Notes: a model not told the origin generated them from the letters alone. Counted from the whole stretch's first letter, positions 10,534 through 23,300 are shown. The stretch is DNA of 63,190 bases, filler included, from Stramenopiles sp. TOSAG23-2 (GCA_900128395.1; 8 parts of 8 records of this genome joined end to end with filler, not necessarily neighbours in it); one strand, 5' to 3'. Numbers and translations are program-made.

Positions 10534-11718
10534 TTATTTCCACTCAATACAACTACTATCACCAATTGAGCGTTCCATACTCACATACCATTTTCTTAAC
10601 CTTTCATTTGTTTCCAATATTTCATTATACGTATCCATTCCTTTTAATGCACGAATGGTACCATATGTGTAAATATCTGCAATATCTGGTTGATTCCCAC
10701 CATGAAATGTACTATCATCACCAATTTCATTTAACCAAACATTTAATGCATCAAACAATGCCTCGCGTTCGTCCTCGATGCCATATTTCTTTTTGATCTT
10801 ACCTTGTGCAGCCCACATCGCTACTGGACCTAATACCCTGTTCATTGCACGTTGTGCAAAACTAAAGTGTGGAACATCATTGATGTAGGAAAATGCTTGC
10901 CAAGATTCTGAAAAATTACGGGTAATATTTGGAAATAAAAGTACAGCTAATGTTTTATTTGCCCAGCTTGCCCATTCCTTTGCTTTTTTGCCATCGTATA
11001 ATTTCTTCTCGCTGTTTGAAATCGAACCTGCTTTAGATAACATATCAATAATTTCATCGATGATATTCATGGAATCATTAATTTGAACTCCATCAATAGT
11101 TAATATTGGCACTTTTTTATATCCATCTATAGACCATGATTTTGTTTCTTCCTTTGACATTGGATTTACTTCCACACTTTTATATGGCACATTTTGATAA
11201 TCTAGAAGTGCCTTCACTGCATTGCAAAATGGGCATATTTTGTATTGATATAAAATAATTTCAGCTGTCTTGATATTACTATTTTCTGTCACAGGGGAAG
11301 TTGCAACAAGTATTTCTTCATTATTTCTTCCTTTTGTTGTTGTTGAAAATGCTGCTGCACTTCGTTTCATATTATTAGTAGTATTGGATGCCTCAGCACT
11401 ACTGTAGTAATAATTCATAGTGCCATAACTGCTTCCACATAATAATAAACCTGTTGATATGATATATGATGATTTTGTATTTGAATATTGATAATTACTT
11501 TTTTTACCATTTATTATATTATTGTTATTATTATCAGACAATATTGACATCCATTTCACTTGTTGATTCAATCTTGAATTATTATTATTATTATTATGAT
11601 TATTTTTACTACATCTTATTATATCACGTAAATAATTTTGTCGTCGATGATGATATTTGTTAATATTTCTCATGCATCCCTTCGCAATAACATTATTAAT
11701 CATCTTAGGTGCAATCAT
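10534..11718 (-). CDS. PTGES2: Prostaglandin E synthase 2-like glutaredoxin/GST protein
   Basis: LYQYKICPFC (CPFC motif), VEVNP, YKKVPIL, LFPNITR, FHGGNQPDIAD; long N-terminal targeting-like extension; first ATG at 11718. Confidence 0.9.
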   Translation of the reverse strand: MIAPKMINNVIAKGCMRNINKYHHRRQNYLRDIIRCSKNNHNNNNNNSRLNQQVKWMSILSDNNNNNIINGKKSNYQYSNTKSSYIISTGLLLCGSSYGTMNYYYSSAEASNTTNNMKRSAAAFSTTTKGRNNEEILVATSPVTENSNIKTAEIILYQYKICPFCNAVKALLDYQNVPYKSVEVNPMSKEETKSWSIDGYKKVPILTIDGVQINDSMNIIDEIIDMLSKAGSISNSEKKLYDGKKAKEWASWANKTLAVLLFPNITRNFSESWQAFSYINDVPHFSFAQRAMNRVLGPVAMWAAQGKIKKKYGIEDEREALFDALNVWLNEIGDDSTFHGGNQPDIADIYTYGTIRALKGMDTYNEILETNERLRKWYVSMERSIGDSSCIEWK

Positions 11719-11927
11719 CGTGATTATCACTCAATACGTATATATAGATATATTATGTTCCATCTTCTATACTTTCTATTTGTTTTGATTATCTTTATTC
11801 GAAAGAACAATTATTAATTAATGAAGTCTCGTCGCGGCGTGTATATAAAGTAAACTAATAATAATAATAAATAATTACTATACACTATATATAGAGAATA
11901 GTTGGAGGAAAATAAATACATTGAACA

Positions 11928-12392
11928 TACCTATAGAAGTAATAATAATAAAGCTGAAGAATCAATACCAAGTAACAACCATGCCGAAACGAAATTATGG
12001 ATTGTTAGACGTCGTCGCAGCGGTACGGGACATTAACCAACTGGGCGTTGGATATCGCGTTGCTAATTTATATGATATAGATTTGAAAACATATTTGTTT
12101 AAATTGCAAAAAAAAGATTGTCCTAAATTAACTTTGATTATGGAAAGTGGTGTACGGTTTACCTATAGAAGTAATAATAATAAAGCTGAAGAATCAATAC
12201 CAAGTAACAACCATGCCGAAACGAAATTATGGATTGTTAGACGTCGTCGCAGCGGTACGGGACATTAACCAACTGGGCGTTGGATATCGCGTTGCTAATT
12301 TATATGATATAGATTTGAAAACATATTTGTTTAAATTGCAAAAAAAAGATTGTCCTAAATTAACTTTGATTATGGAAAGTGGTGTACGGTTT
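11928..12392 (+). repeat. Exact 232-nt tandem duplication of the NEMF 5' end (probable assembly artefact)
   Basis: tacctatagaagt...tgtacggtt starts at 11928 and again at 12160; it creates a spurious truncated copy with ATG at 11981. Confidence 0.85.
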
Positions 12393-15300
12393 CATACGAC
12401 AAAATATGTACGTGAAAAGTCACCTGCTCCATCGCCGTTTTCAATGAAACTTAGGAAATATATCAGGACTAGGATATTATATTCATGCCAACAATTAGGT
12501 AGTGATCGAGTTGTTGATTTTTCATTTGGAAAAGGTGAAGCTTGTTATCATTTAATATTAGAAATGTATGACAAAGGTAATATTATATTGACTGATTATA
12601 CATATGAAATATTAGCTTTATTAAGATCGCATACATACGATGAAGAAACAAAGGTTGTTGTTGGTGGAATTTATCCTGTAGATAATTTAAAAGTTGTTCA
12701 AGACTCTTCTGGCAATAATAACGATTTGAAACCCCATAGCTCGCGATCAATAAAGGACGTAAATGAAACTCTTGTACAAGAATATCAAAAATGGTTATTA
12801 AAAATGAAAGCATATTATTTTGGTACTAATAATAATGACGATACTAACGGAGATAATAATAATAAGCTAAAGTTAGAAACAAAAGTTATTAATACACAAG
12901 AAATAGTTGATAATGATAAAAATAACAGTAAAGAAAGTAAAAATGGAGCGAAAAAACGTAGTGGTAGTGGACAGAAAAAGAAAAAAAATAAGAAGAAAAT
13001 TTCATTATTACAAATTCTTTTAAATCGTAATGATACATCATGTCCATATGAAATTGCTAAATATGGACCTGTTATTGTAGAACACTGCCTTCTGAGTGCA
13101 TCTATCGATGGTCGTATGGCAATCACAGGAGAATGGAATGGGTTAAATAGTGACGAATTAAATGGATCAACATCTCCAACAAAAACAAACTTACTAGATA
13201 ATGCTATTGGGGATAATAATGATATTAAAAATGAAAGGATTGAAATATATGACGAATTTTTGCCAATCTTATTGAAACAGCATGAGAACAAAACATATAA
13301 AACGTTTCCAACTTTTAACTCCGCTGTCGATGAATTTTTCAGTAAAAGCGAAGCGCAGAAAGCAGCTAAACGACATAATATGATTGAAGCTGCAGCAAAA
13401 TCAAAATTGGTCAAAATGAAAAAAGAGCAAGAAGACAGAATCCAAAGTTTAAAAGTCCAAGAGATATCATCAATTGAAAAAGCTCAAGCAATTGAAGCTA
13501 ATTATGATAATATTGATAAGGCACGTTTAGTAGTGAATTCCGCTATTGCAAATGGTATTGATTGGGAAGACTTGAAAGAATTGGTGAAGTTTGAGAAGTC
13601 AAGGAACAATCCGATTGCATCATTAATTGTGCAATTAAAATTGGACATAAATACTATTATATTAGATTTACCAGGTTGGGATGACGATGGCAATGAAAAA
13701 AAGATTCGTGTTCCTATAGATGTATCGATGACAGCTTATCAAAATGCACGTAAATATTACCAAACAAAGAAACAATTGAAAAAAAAAGTTATTAAAACTA
13801 AAGAAGCTGCAGAGTCATTTTTATCCAATGCAGAAGAAAATATTCAAAAAGAAATGGTACGAGCAAAGAATAAATTGGAATCTACTATAATACGACAAGC
13901 ACGAAAAATTTATTGGTTTGAAAAATTTGATTGGTTCATATCTAGTGAAAATTATCTCGTAGTGTTGGGGCGTGATATGCAACAAAATGAACAATTAGTG
14001 AAGCGGTACATGCGGAAAGGGGACGTGTATGTACACGCCGATGTTCATGGTGCCAGCTCATGTATTGTTCGAAATAATGATTTGAAAAAAGATATACCAC
14101 CATTAACATTGGAGGAAGCAGGGCATATGTGCATGTGTCGTAGTTCGGCGTGGAAAAGCAGAACAATAACTAGTGCATGGTGGGTCTACCACAATCAAGT
14201 CTCGAAAACAGCTCCAAGTGGTGAGTACTTGACTACTGGAAGTTTCATGATTCGTGGAAAAAAGAACTTTTTACGACCGTCACGGTTAGAAGTTGGATAT
14301 GGATTGCTATTTTGTGTTGATGAAGAGGATATACAACATCATGTAAAAGAACGGGTGGTGCGTGGATCTTTTGGCGCTGATAACGATGATGATGATGATG
14401 CAAGCGATGGGAATGGCAATGGTCAAAATAAGAAGCACGAACGTAATAATGACGACAATGAGAAAAATCACGCTGATAAATTACGTCGTTTTGAAAGAAA
14501 GCTGTTGCGAAAGCAACAAGAAGAGGAACAAGCAATACAAACAGCTGCAAATGAGGCGTATACTGAAAGTGTTGGTAATGATTCCAATGAGATAGATATA
14601 TCATCTATCGCTGGAATTAAAGATATAGAATTAAATGTTACCCCAGACGCAGATAATGCAAGTGATGGTAAAACTGAAAATATGGATTTTGAAACAGACA
14701 CTAAAAATAGTGTAGTTAACGAAATTTTAAATCGTAAACCTGGAATATCTAGATACCAACGTAAAGTAATGCGTGGAGAACGGAAGAAGAAGAAGAAGAC
14801 GAAAAGTAATGTTCTAGAAATCAATGATAATGACGAAGAAGAGGATGGTGATAATGATGATGATGGGGATCATTTGCTGGATGATTTGAAAAAAAGTAAA
14901 TCAAGAATCCACAAAAATTCTAATGTAAACGTTATAATTAAAAAGGAAAAAGTAAAAACGATACCTCGTGGGAAAAAAGGTAAATTGAAAAAAATTAAGA
15001 AGAAATATAAAGATCAAGATGAAGAGGAACGTCGTATTCGAATGAAAGCATTAGGAAATCCAATGCCAGAACCAAAGACCGAATCTGAGGTGAATTCCTC
15101 AATTGAAGTCGACGAGACAGGTGACAAAAAGAGAGTGGCAAAAGAATATAAAGATCAAGATGAAGAGGAACGTCGTATTCGAATGAAAGCATTAGGAAAT
15201 CCAATGCCAGAACCAAAGACCGAATCTGAGGTGAATTCCTCAATTGAAGTTGACGAGACAGGTGACAAAAAAGAGAGTGGCAAAAGTAAGAATAACAACG

Positions 15301-15758
15301 GGAAACGAAACAATAATCGTGTGAAACAATCAACAGTAAAGGTAGATGACAGCACGCCATTGGATTTACCTGAAGAACAGCTACGTGCCTTGACTGCGAC
15401 TCCTAGAGCAGAAGATACTATTCTATTTTGTCTACCTGTAAGCGCGCCATATTCCACGATGAGCAAATATAAATATAAAGTAAAATTAACACCAGGATCT
15501 CAACGGCGAGGTAGATCTTGCAAAGCTGTTTTGCAATATTTCTTACAAAATGTAAAAGAAGGAACAACAAAACGGGAGAAAGAATTGATAAGAGCAGTTA
15601 ATGATGCTGAAGCTATTGCTGCTATGGTAAGCGATGTTCAAATTAATACATCAAAAGCTGCTAAAATGTCTAAGAAAATGAACAAAGGAAAAAAACAGAA
15701 AGGTGGTGGTGGTGGTGGTAAAAAGAAAAAAAATGGTGGAAAGAAGAAGAAAAGGTAA
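12213..15758 (+). CDS. NEMF: NEMF/Rqc2 ribosome quality control subunit
   Basis: GYRVANLYD, ESGVRFH, FSMKLRKYIR, LILEMYDKGNIILTD, WFEKFDWFISSENYL, YVHADVHGASS, VSKTAPSGEYLTTGSFMIRGKKNFL, YKYKVKLTPG; start taken as MPKRNY at 12213. Confidence 0.95.
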   Translation: MPKRNYGLLDVVAAVRDINQLGVGYRVANLYDIDLKTYLFKLQKKDCPKLTLIMESGVRFHTTKYVREKSPAPSPFSMKLRKYIRTRILYSCQQLGSDRVVDFSFGKGEACYHLILEMYDKGNIILTDYTYEILALLRSHTYDEETKVVVGGIYPVDNLKVVQDSSGNNNDLKPHSSRSIKDVNETLVQEYQKWLLKMKAYYFGTNNNDDTNGDNNNKLKLETKVINTQEIVDNDKNNSKESKNGAKKRSGSGQKKKKNKKKISLLQILLNRNDTSCPYEIAKYGPVIVEHCLLSASIDGRMAITGEWNGLNSDELNGSTSPTKTNLLDNAIGDNNDIKNERIEIYDEFLPILLKQHENKTYKTFPTFNSAVDEFFSKSEAQKAAKRHNMIEAAAKSKLVKMKKEQEDRIQSLKVQEISSIEKAQAIEANYDNIDKARLVVNSAIANGIDWEDLKELVKFEKSRNNPIASLIVQLKLDINTIILDLPGWDDDGNEKKIRVPIDVSMTAYQNARKYYQTKKQLKKKVIKTKEAAESFLSNAEENIQKEMVRAKNKLESTIIRQARKIYWFEKFDWFISSENYLVVLGRDMQQNEQLVKRYMRKGDVYVHADVHGASSCIVRNNDLKKDIPPLTLEEAGHMCMCRSSAWKSRTITSAWWVYHNQVSKTAPSGEYLTTGSFMIRGKKNFLRPSRLEVGYGLLFCVDEEDIQHHVKERVVRGSFGADNDDDDDASDGNGNGQNKKHERNNDDNEKNHADKLRRFERKLLRKQQEEEQAIQTAANEAYTESVGNDSNEIDISSIAGIKDIELNVTPDADNASDGKTENMDFETDTKNSVVNEILNRKPGISRYQRKVMRGERKKKKKTKSNVLEINDNDEEEDGDNDDDGDHLLDDLKKSKSRIHKNSNVNVIIKKEKVKTIPRGKKGKLKKIKKKYKDQDEEERRIRMKALGNPMPEPKTESEVNSSIEVDETGDKKRVAKEYKDQDEEERRIRMKALGNPMPEPKTESEVNSSIEVDETGDKKESGKSKNNNGKRNNNRVKQSTVKVDDSTPLDLPEEQLRALTATPRAEDTILFCLPVSAPYSTMSKYKYKVKLTPGSQRRGRSCKAVLQYFLQNVKEGTTKREKELIRAVNDAEAIAAMVSDVQINTSKAAKMSKKMNKGKKQKGGGGGGKKKKNGGKKKKR
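15004..15286 (+). repeat. 141-nt near-exact tandem duplication inside NEMF (probable haplotype/overlap artefact)
   Basis: YKDQDEEERRIRMKALGNP...DETGDKK is encoded twice (15004 and 15145); copies differ by one C/T and one A in a homopolymer. Confidence 0.8.
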
Positions 15759-15920
15759 AAAAAGTTTGTACATCATATAATATATTTTTATAAATAATAT
15801 TGTGGGCATTATTAGAGAGGGGGTCGATAATATGCTTCATATGGTGTGTGTACTTTTAAAAAAAAATATGTATAATACTCCTCGTATATAATAAATGATG
15901 TACGTGATATATCTTCTTTA

Positions 15921-16262
15921 TTAAGTGGCGGCTGGTAAACACGTGCCGCCAGGATACTCCCATTGCGTTATTTTTAACTCTTCATTATAAAAATATGGAC
16001 GGCCACCTTGTGACGTATCTTTTTTCATAACCCATCCTTCCTTTAAGGGTGGGAATTGCAATTCTTGTCCTCTATTATTTGTGTTAAACCAAGTTTGCCA
16101 TGCAAATCCATCTTGTGAATTCATAAAGCCCGGCATATATTGTCCATACCACGCTATTACATTATCCCTATGTTTATAACCTTGTAAATGTTGTTTTCGG
16201 GATCCTTGTGAAGATTTCATTAAATACATATCACAAAAATCACAATAATATTTTTTCGGCAT
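15921..16262 (-). CDS. U1-C-type (matrin) zinc-finger protein with C-terminal WW domain
   Basis: MPKKYYCDFCDMYL...RKQH..G.KHRDNV..WY resembles U1 snRNP C; LKEGW...GRPYFYN...TQWEYP is a WW domain. Confidence 0.85.
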   Translation of the reverse strand: MPKKYYCDFCDMYLMKSSQGSRKQHLQGYKHRDNVIAWYGQYMPGFMNSQDGFAWQTWFNTNNRGQELQFPPLKEGWVMKKDTSQGGRPYFYNEELKITQWEYPGGTCLPAAT

Positions 16263-16739
16263 TTTTACTCGTTGTATATGATATATACACGTGCGCGTAA
16301 GTGTGTATATGTAGTATACGTATATGAATTAATTTATATATATATCGGGATAGGATGCTTCTACTATACATTAACTTTCATCATCACAATTATTATACTG
16401 ATTTATTGTTATTTTTTATTATTTTTAGGTGATGATTCTTCATTCAATCTCTGGCAACAATAAAAATAGATAAAAAATTATGTAATAATATTGGCTGGTA
16501 ATCTTTTTATGAGAGTGACAGTTAGGTTGCGGATTTATAGCATCTAAAAATTTAGTATAGTGAAGTATCTCCACCTGTCACTTAACATCTAATAGCATTG
16601 CACTCCCAAAATATATTACGTTTTGCCATTCGTAAATTATTAAAATTGGAATATACCATACAAATAAATTGACAAAATCGGATATTTAAATCATAAATTG
16701 CTATACTACTACTAATAATGTACCAAAATGGTCATTTTT

Positions 16740-19648
16740 TTAATCGCGTATTCTAAGCTCTTTTGCAACTGCTTTTCCTCTAATATTTTTATCACGATGT
16801 AATCGATGATAAAATATCTCTTGAATTTTTGATAATTTAGCTTTAATAGCATTTGTCATTTCTTTATTGATTTCGTGATAATATTTTTATCACGATGTAA
16901 TCGATGATAAAATATCTCTTGAATTTTTGATAATTTAGCTTTAATAGCATTTGTCATTTCTTTATTGATTTCGTGAATACGGAATTGTTTCGTTGACTTC
17001 TTAACAATATTTTGCTTCATACTATTTATATTTGCCAATGCATTTAAAATTTCAACATTATTCTCCATACTTTCAGTATCATCATCATTATTATTATTAT
17101 TATGGTCATCATCCTTCTCTTCCCCTACTATACCATGATCGAAATTGTATTGCTTTACTATTTTACTCAAAGCATTTGATACTAATGAAGACACCCAAAT
17201 AGCAGATATATTTGACACATATGCTTTTTCATTACCTTTAACTGGTGATTCAAGTATTGTATTCCATGGGGTATTGTTGCATATGTTTTGTATATATTCA
17301 ATATCTTGTTTCTGTTGTGTTATTGATGTATTAACAACAGATGCCAATTCTTCTTGTAATGATATAAGTTTCATGAAAGACATAGATTTGAACTGTTCCG
17401 CCTCATATAATTTGCTAACTCGATTACTTTCCATTTTTAAATTCTTGTTCGTTATTTGCAATTTAATCAGTTCATTTTTCATTTCTTTCATTTTTGGTAT
17501 TGTTTTAACGTTTAATTCCGTAGCTTGCTTCACCTTTTCCATATTTGCAACCATTTTTTCACTCATCTCACGCATTTGTTTATAACAAATCTCTTGCAAC
17601 TCTTCATAACTATTGTCTTTTTTAATAATTGCATTTTTAAAGTTTTCTATTTGTACATTCAAATTTTCAATTTCTTTTTTTTTATTTGACACGATATCTT
17701 CTAATTTTTGAATTTTTGTAGTAGCTGCATTCAGTTTGTCATCTAATTTCATGTTTGAATATTTTGCTTTGCTATATTCAGAATTCGTATCTCTCAGCTC
17801 CATGATAGCATCGTCGTATTTAGATTTTATAATGTCTGCTTCTTGTTTCAAGTTAGCTTTCGTGACGTCGCTTTCCACTAACGATTTTCGTAAGTTATTC
17901 TCACCAATGATAGATTGATTTAATTTCGTTGTTATATCGTTTTTCTCTTCGTTTAACGTTTCATTTACTTTTAAAGACGTATTTACTTTTTCAATTTCAG
18001 TTGCTAAGCTTTCCTCAACATTTTGTTTTGCCTTGTTCAGATTTTCAATACTTTCATTTAATCTTTCGATTTTGTTATTTTGAACTTTCATTTGAAGATT
18101 TTTTCTATCCACCGTTTCTTCAAGTACGGTTATATCCTTATTAGTTCTTTGTAAATGAGTTTGTAGTAGTAACACTTGTCGTTCCAATGCTTCCGCGCGT
18201 TGGGATTCCGTTGATCTATTGCGTATTTCTCTATCTAATTCTTTTTTCATTTCATTTTTCATAGATTTAATCGTACCAATTTCCATTTCCAATTTGTTCA
18301 TCATTGCCATTGCTCTTTGTTCTTTCCTCACGGCATCGTTTTTAATGCTTTTAAAGTCGCGTAATTGCGCACTTATATCCGCCCGTTTCATTTCCTCTTC
18401 TTTTATATCTAGTTTTAATTTTACTATGATATTCTCACTATCACGCAAATTGTTCACTGCAATTCTTTCACGTTTCCGTGCATTTAACATTTCTTCTTGT
18501 GCTACATCCAGCTCATTTTTCAAATGATCTATAGATCCTAAATGATACGTTATTTTACCATTTAAATTCTTAATTTCATCTATTTTGTTAACAAGCGTCT
18601 TATGTGTATCATCACGTTCATTTGTGCGTATTTGTAAATCAGATAATATTTTATCCCGAATGATTCCAGCATCGTGTAACCTACGTTCATATGATTTTAC
18701 TATAACCTCACGTTGTTCCACATAATCATGCTGTAGTGATGCAATCATTGTTTTATAGCCATCTCCTTCGCATTTTTCTAAAAGTGCATTAAAAACTTCC
18801 CAAATTTTTAATACTATTTTTCCACTACCACCTTGAATATTATTTGCACAATTATTACTAACTTCATCCAACATTTCATGAAAACCAAAACTATAGACAA
18901 ATAAAGCACGATAGACACGTTCTATTGTTTCATTAGATAAACCTGCTTTGCGTAAACTTTTTCGATCTAAACCAATTTTTTTTAAAAATTGTAAGTCATA
19001 TGATTCGGGTTGACTTTTAATTTTTTGTACCATGTTTTTTTCAATTGGTTTAATATCGGTTATTGCTTTATTAGCAAGCCATATTTCTGCTGCTTTGTCT
19101 TCATCCATTTTTTTATATTCATCAATAACATGTTTAGTGGCATATGAAACCCAACGTTCGTTTCCAACACCTACTGCAGATTGTTGCTGTTTCCTCTGAT
19201 CCACTAAATTAATTGCAGCATTATTCGTAAATAATCTTTCAATCGGTCTCTGTATTTGATTTTGTATTGCTGTGCTAACTTTTGCAAGTTCGTGTGGGTT
19301 TTTAGCTGAAGCTGGGCGTTTTTTTTTTGTCAATAGAAATCGTCCATACATACCACTAGCTTTTTCCTCAGCAACATTTCTATTATAATGTTTACTATTA
19401 TTATTGTTATTACTACGTGAAAATGTTTTGAAAGTTATATTTTTAGTTCTACGATTATTTTTTATACTAGACGAAGATTTTGGACGAGTTGGATTACGAA
19501 TGTTACTCTTTTTTTTCATTTTTTTAGACATATTGTTATTGTTTTCATATTCATTATTGTTTTTTTTTATGTGAACACCAAAAATTGGCAAAGTTGGATT
19601 TTCGTTTAATTTTGAGACAAAAGGATTTTTTCGTTGAGATGATGCCAT
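16740..19648 (-). CDS. Long coiled-coil protein of unknown function
   Basis: 930-aa ORF with extended heptad-rich region; removing the 98-nt duplication restores the end ...DKNIRGKAVAKELRIRD* with stop at 16740-16742. Confidence 0.75.
16781..16976 (+). repeat. Exact 98-nt tandem duplication (probable assembly artefact) frameshifting the coiled-coil gene end
   Basis: taatatttttatcacgatg...tttcgtga starts at 16781 and again at 16879. Confidence 0.85.
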
Positions 19649-20343
19649 CTGATAGAAGCAATCCTTTTGTAAAAATGTTATTAATTTTCTTTTTCTTCTG
19701 GGATTACGTGGTTGTGCGTTGATGTGCGCATGTGCAATGATACAAGTAGCTGTTAAAGTCTTTTTTCTTATTGTTTTAAGAATCCTAAGAAAGTCTTTGC
19801 GGTATAAATATGAAGTTGCAATAATAAGTTTAATGACTACACTGTAATATTTATATATTAATACTTTAACTTATAAAACAATTATAACTGCTTTTCAACG
19901 ACGACCAGCTGGCACTGCTGGACTGCATATAAAATCGGATATTCTGATATATTTTCAGCCAAAATACATTGGCCATTTTTGGATTTTTGGATTTCCATAT
20001 TATCGAATAACACCCCCTGTGTCTATACTATAATGCTATATACCTGCTATCAGAATCGCCGACTATAAGGCTGTGTGGTGTATTATAGTTATTACACCAC
20101 AAAGCTATAATAATAGTGGTGTCTCAGCCAGTCAGTCTAATACTTCTTCCTAATGTTGAATAAACAAACAAACAAACAACAACAACAACAAAAGGCAAAT
20201 TTTTAAATTCAAAAAAATAAGAAGCATATTACGGCGTGAATATCGTTGTAATTAACCAGATACAAAAGAATCATACCGAGAACAAGTAACATTTTCTAGC
20301 GGCTATAGTAGGAAAAGTATAGTATCTATAGTAGAATTGAATT

Positions 20344-23300
20344 ATGGCACAAGTAGTTGATAATGAGGGCGTTGTTCCTGGTGGGACAAAATATGATATT
20401 GAATATGATACACAAAATTTAAACAGTAAAAAAAAGTTTGAACCAAGCATTTGCTCGAAAATGTGTATAGCATGGCCTAGTCGATATATTATCAAAGGAT
20501 ATTATAATCCATTGAAAGCGGAGGATATGCCACCGTTATTTGATTCTCATAAAACACGAAGTACTTTACCAAAAGCATTTAAAGCATGGGACGCGCAAGT
20601 TGATACATGGAAAAAAAATAAAAAAAATGCATCAAGACCATCAGTACAAAAACTTATTTTAGGACAATTATCTTGGACTTTCTATGTTGGGGCTATATTT
20701 GGAATTTTTGCTGGGATATTGAATTGTGCTGGAAGACCAATACTTCTAAAATTGGTTATACAATGTTTCATGCCAAATTCCATTTATTCAGAACAAGACA
20801 TGATATATATATTAATTTTCTTTGCCTTTGCTGTTATTGGTGAAGGTTTTTGTAAGTAAAGTCTATATTCTCCCAATCCTAACAAGAAATTCTTCTCTAA
20901 CAAATTTCTCATAATTTCATACGCTACGCTTTACACAGGTAAAACTCAAGCTGTAAATCTCATTTCCACGGAAAGTGGAACCCAAACGTTATCATATATT
21001 TTCTCTTTGATAGAGAGGAAAACGGCAACTACCTCCAATGCACGACCAAGTAATGCGGAGAAAGAGCGTGAAAAACAACGACAAATGAAAAAAGTCCATG
21101 GATACCAAAATGCTCCAACAGGAGGTAGGTCTTCTGAAGCTAATTTAGTTGGTAATGATTGTTTGCAAACGTATGACAATATGAGATTTGCTGCATATTC
21201 ACCTAGTAATGTGAGTGGATTAGTTGCTGGGATTGTTGCATTATTTTATATATTAGGCCCTATACCGGCCTTAATTGGAATTAGTGTATTGACAGTATGT
21301 TTGATATTAAACCGTATACTTAGTAAATTTGCAGGGTATGCAGCAGACCGTGATTTAAAAGCTGCTGATTCACGATTAACAGTAATGAGAGAAGTTATTG
21401 AATCTATTGGGCCTGTGAAATTTATGTGTTGGGAACAACCTTATCTTGATACATTGAAGAAAAAGCGAGATGAAGAAGTGACGCATATTATGTGTTATAG
21501 ATTACTCAATATTATTTCATTGACTATAGCACGGACTTCACCAATTTTAGCTACGTGTTGTACATTTACCTATGTCGCATTGCAAGGATTGCCAATGACA
21601 CCTGATATTGTTTTCAGTGCGTTAGCTGCATATATGTCATTACGTTTGCCATTGATTGGTATACCAAATATGTTCATACAATACCAAGTAGTTAATATTT
21701 CATGTGATCGTATTGGTGATTATTTACTGAGGCCAGATTTTACGCCATTGCCAGAAAAAACTGATTTGAAAGGGTCGGGAAAGGACGATTTTGTCGTTGA
21801 TTTCCAAAATGCATATTTATCATGGAATCCAATCGACGATAGCGTGGATGGAAATGATAATAAAATTGCAACAAAAGAATCCACTGCAAAAGATGTTGAA
21901 TTGTGTATAATACGTGATTTGACATTGCAAGTCAAAGCTGGTGATTTGATCGGTGTATGTGGACGAGTTGGATGTGGAAAATCAACTTTATTAAATTCAT
22001 TGCTAGGTGAGACATATATTATAAAAGGTACTGGTGCTGCTAACAGGGATATTGGTTATGTTCCACAACGACCGTTTGTATTATCCGGCACGATTTTGGA
22101 AAATATAACAATGGGAAGACCATTTAATGCGATGCAAGTAGATGAGGCAATTAAAGCAGCTGCTTTTGATACAGACTTGGCATCTATGCCTGCCGGATTA
22201 AAGACGGAAATTGGCGAGAGAGGCACTACGTTGTCCGGTGGTCAAAAACAGCGATTAGCGATTGCGCGTGCAATTTACACAAATCCAACAATATTATACA
22301 TGGATGATGCTTTAGCTGCTGTAGATGGAAAAGTTGCCTCTGTAATATGGAACAATGTTTTGTTGGCAAGGAAAAAAAAAAACTTAGCGACAGTGATTTC
22401 CTTAAATCAGATTCAGTTTCTACCAGAATGTGATAAAATTGTCTTTTTACGTACCGATGAACCTGCACTTATAGGTAGATTTGATCATTTAGAAGACATA
22501 AATGCTGAATTTAAAGAGAAGCAGCTGGTGGATATCCTTTAATAGGCCTTTATTTGCTGATTATGCTTTCGACGTATGCATGTTTTTGTTTAACTGATAT
22601 TTGGTTGGCAGGATGGGTATCAGTAAATAATACATTATCATTGGAGACGCGATTGGTAGGTTACATCTGCTTTTCGGTTGGACAAGCTCTTTTAATGGGG
22701 ATTGCATCGACTCAAGAGGCATATATGGCGAAAAGAGCATCTAGTAATGTTCATGAAATGCTCTTGCATAGGTTACTTCACGCACCATCTTCATGGTTCG
22801 AAGCTACGCCAAGTGGGGAAATAATTAGTCGCTTTAGTGGGTAGGTAAAATTCTATTCCTCTAAACTTAAAGAAGGATATCCTTTCTAACACATCACTCA
22901 TTCATACGCTACGCTCCACAGTGACCTTGCAACAATGGATAAAATGTTTCCTTTATTTCTTGATCACCTATGCCATATGTTTATGAATATATTTGCATTA
23001 TCTATTACGATTAGTATTATTATTCCGACTTTAATCCCGGTATTGTTTGTTGGTCTATTTGTTTATCAATTTCAAATTGATGCGGTGGATAGATCCAATC
23101 GAATGGCAAAACGACAAACTATAGCAGCACTTTCGCCCATCATGACCACATTAGTTGAAACAGCAAATGGCCGTACAGTTATTCATGCAATGAATTTCCA
23201 ATCATTTTTTTGTAAAAAACAGTACAAAAATATCGATCGTTGGAGCAATTTCAATCACTTTTCAAGCAGCACGTTTAATTGGGGTATATGGATGACTCAA

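Noticed and set aside
10057-16976. Four exact or near-exact tandem duplications (129, 232, 141, 98 nt)
   Set aside because: Essentially identical copies; those at the NEMF start and the coiled-coil gene end disturb reading frames. Typical of unmerged overlaps or gap filling; read mapping would confirm.
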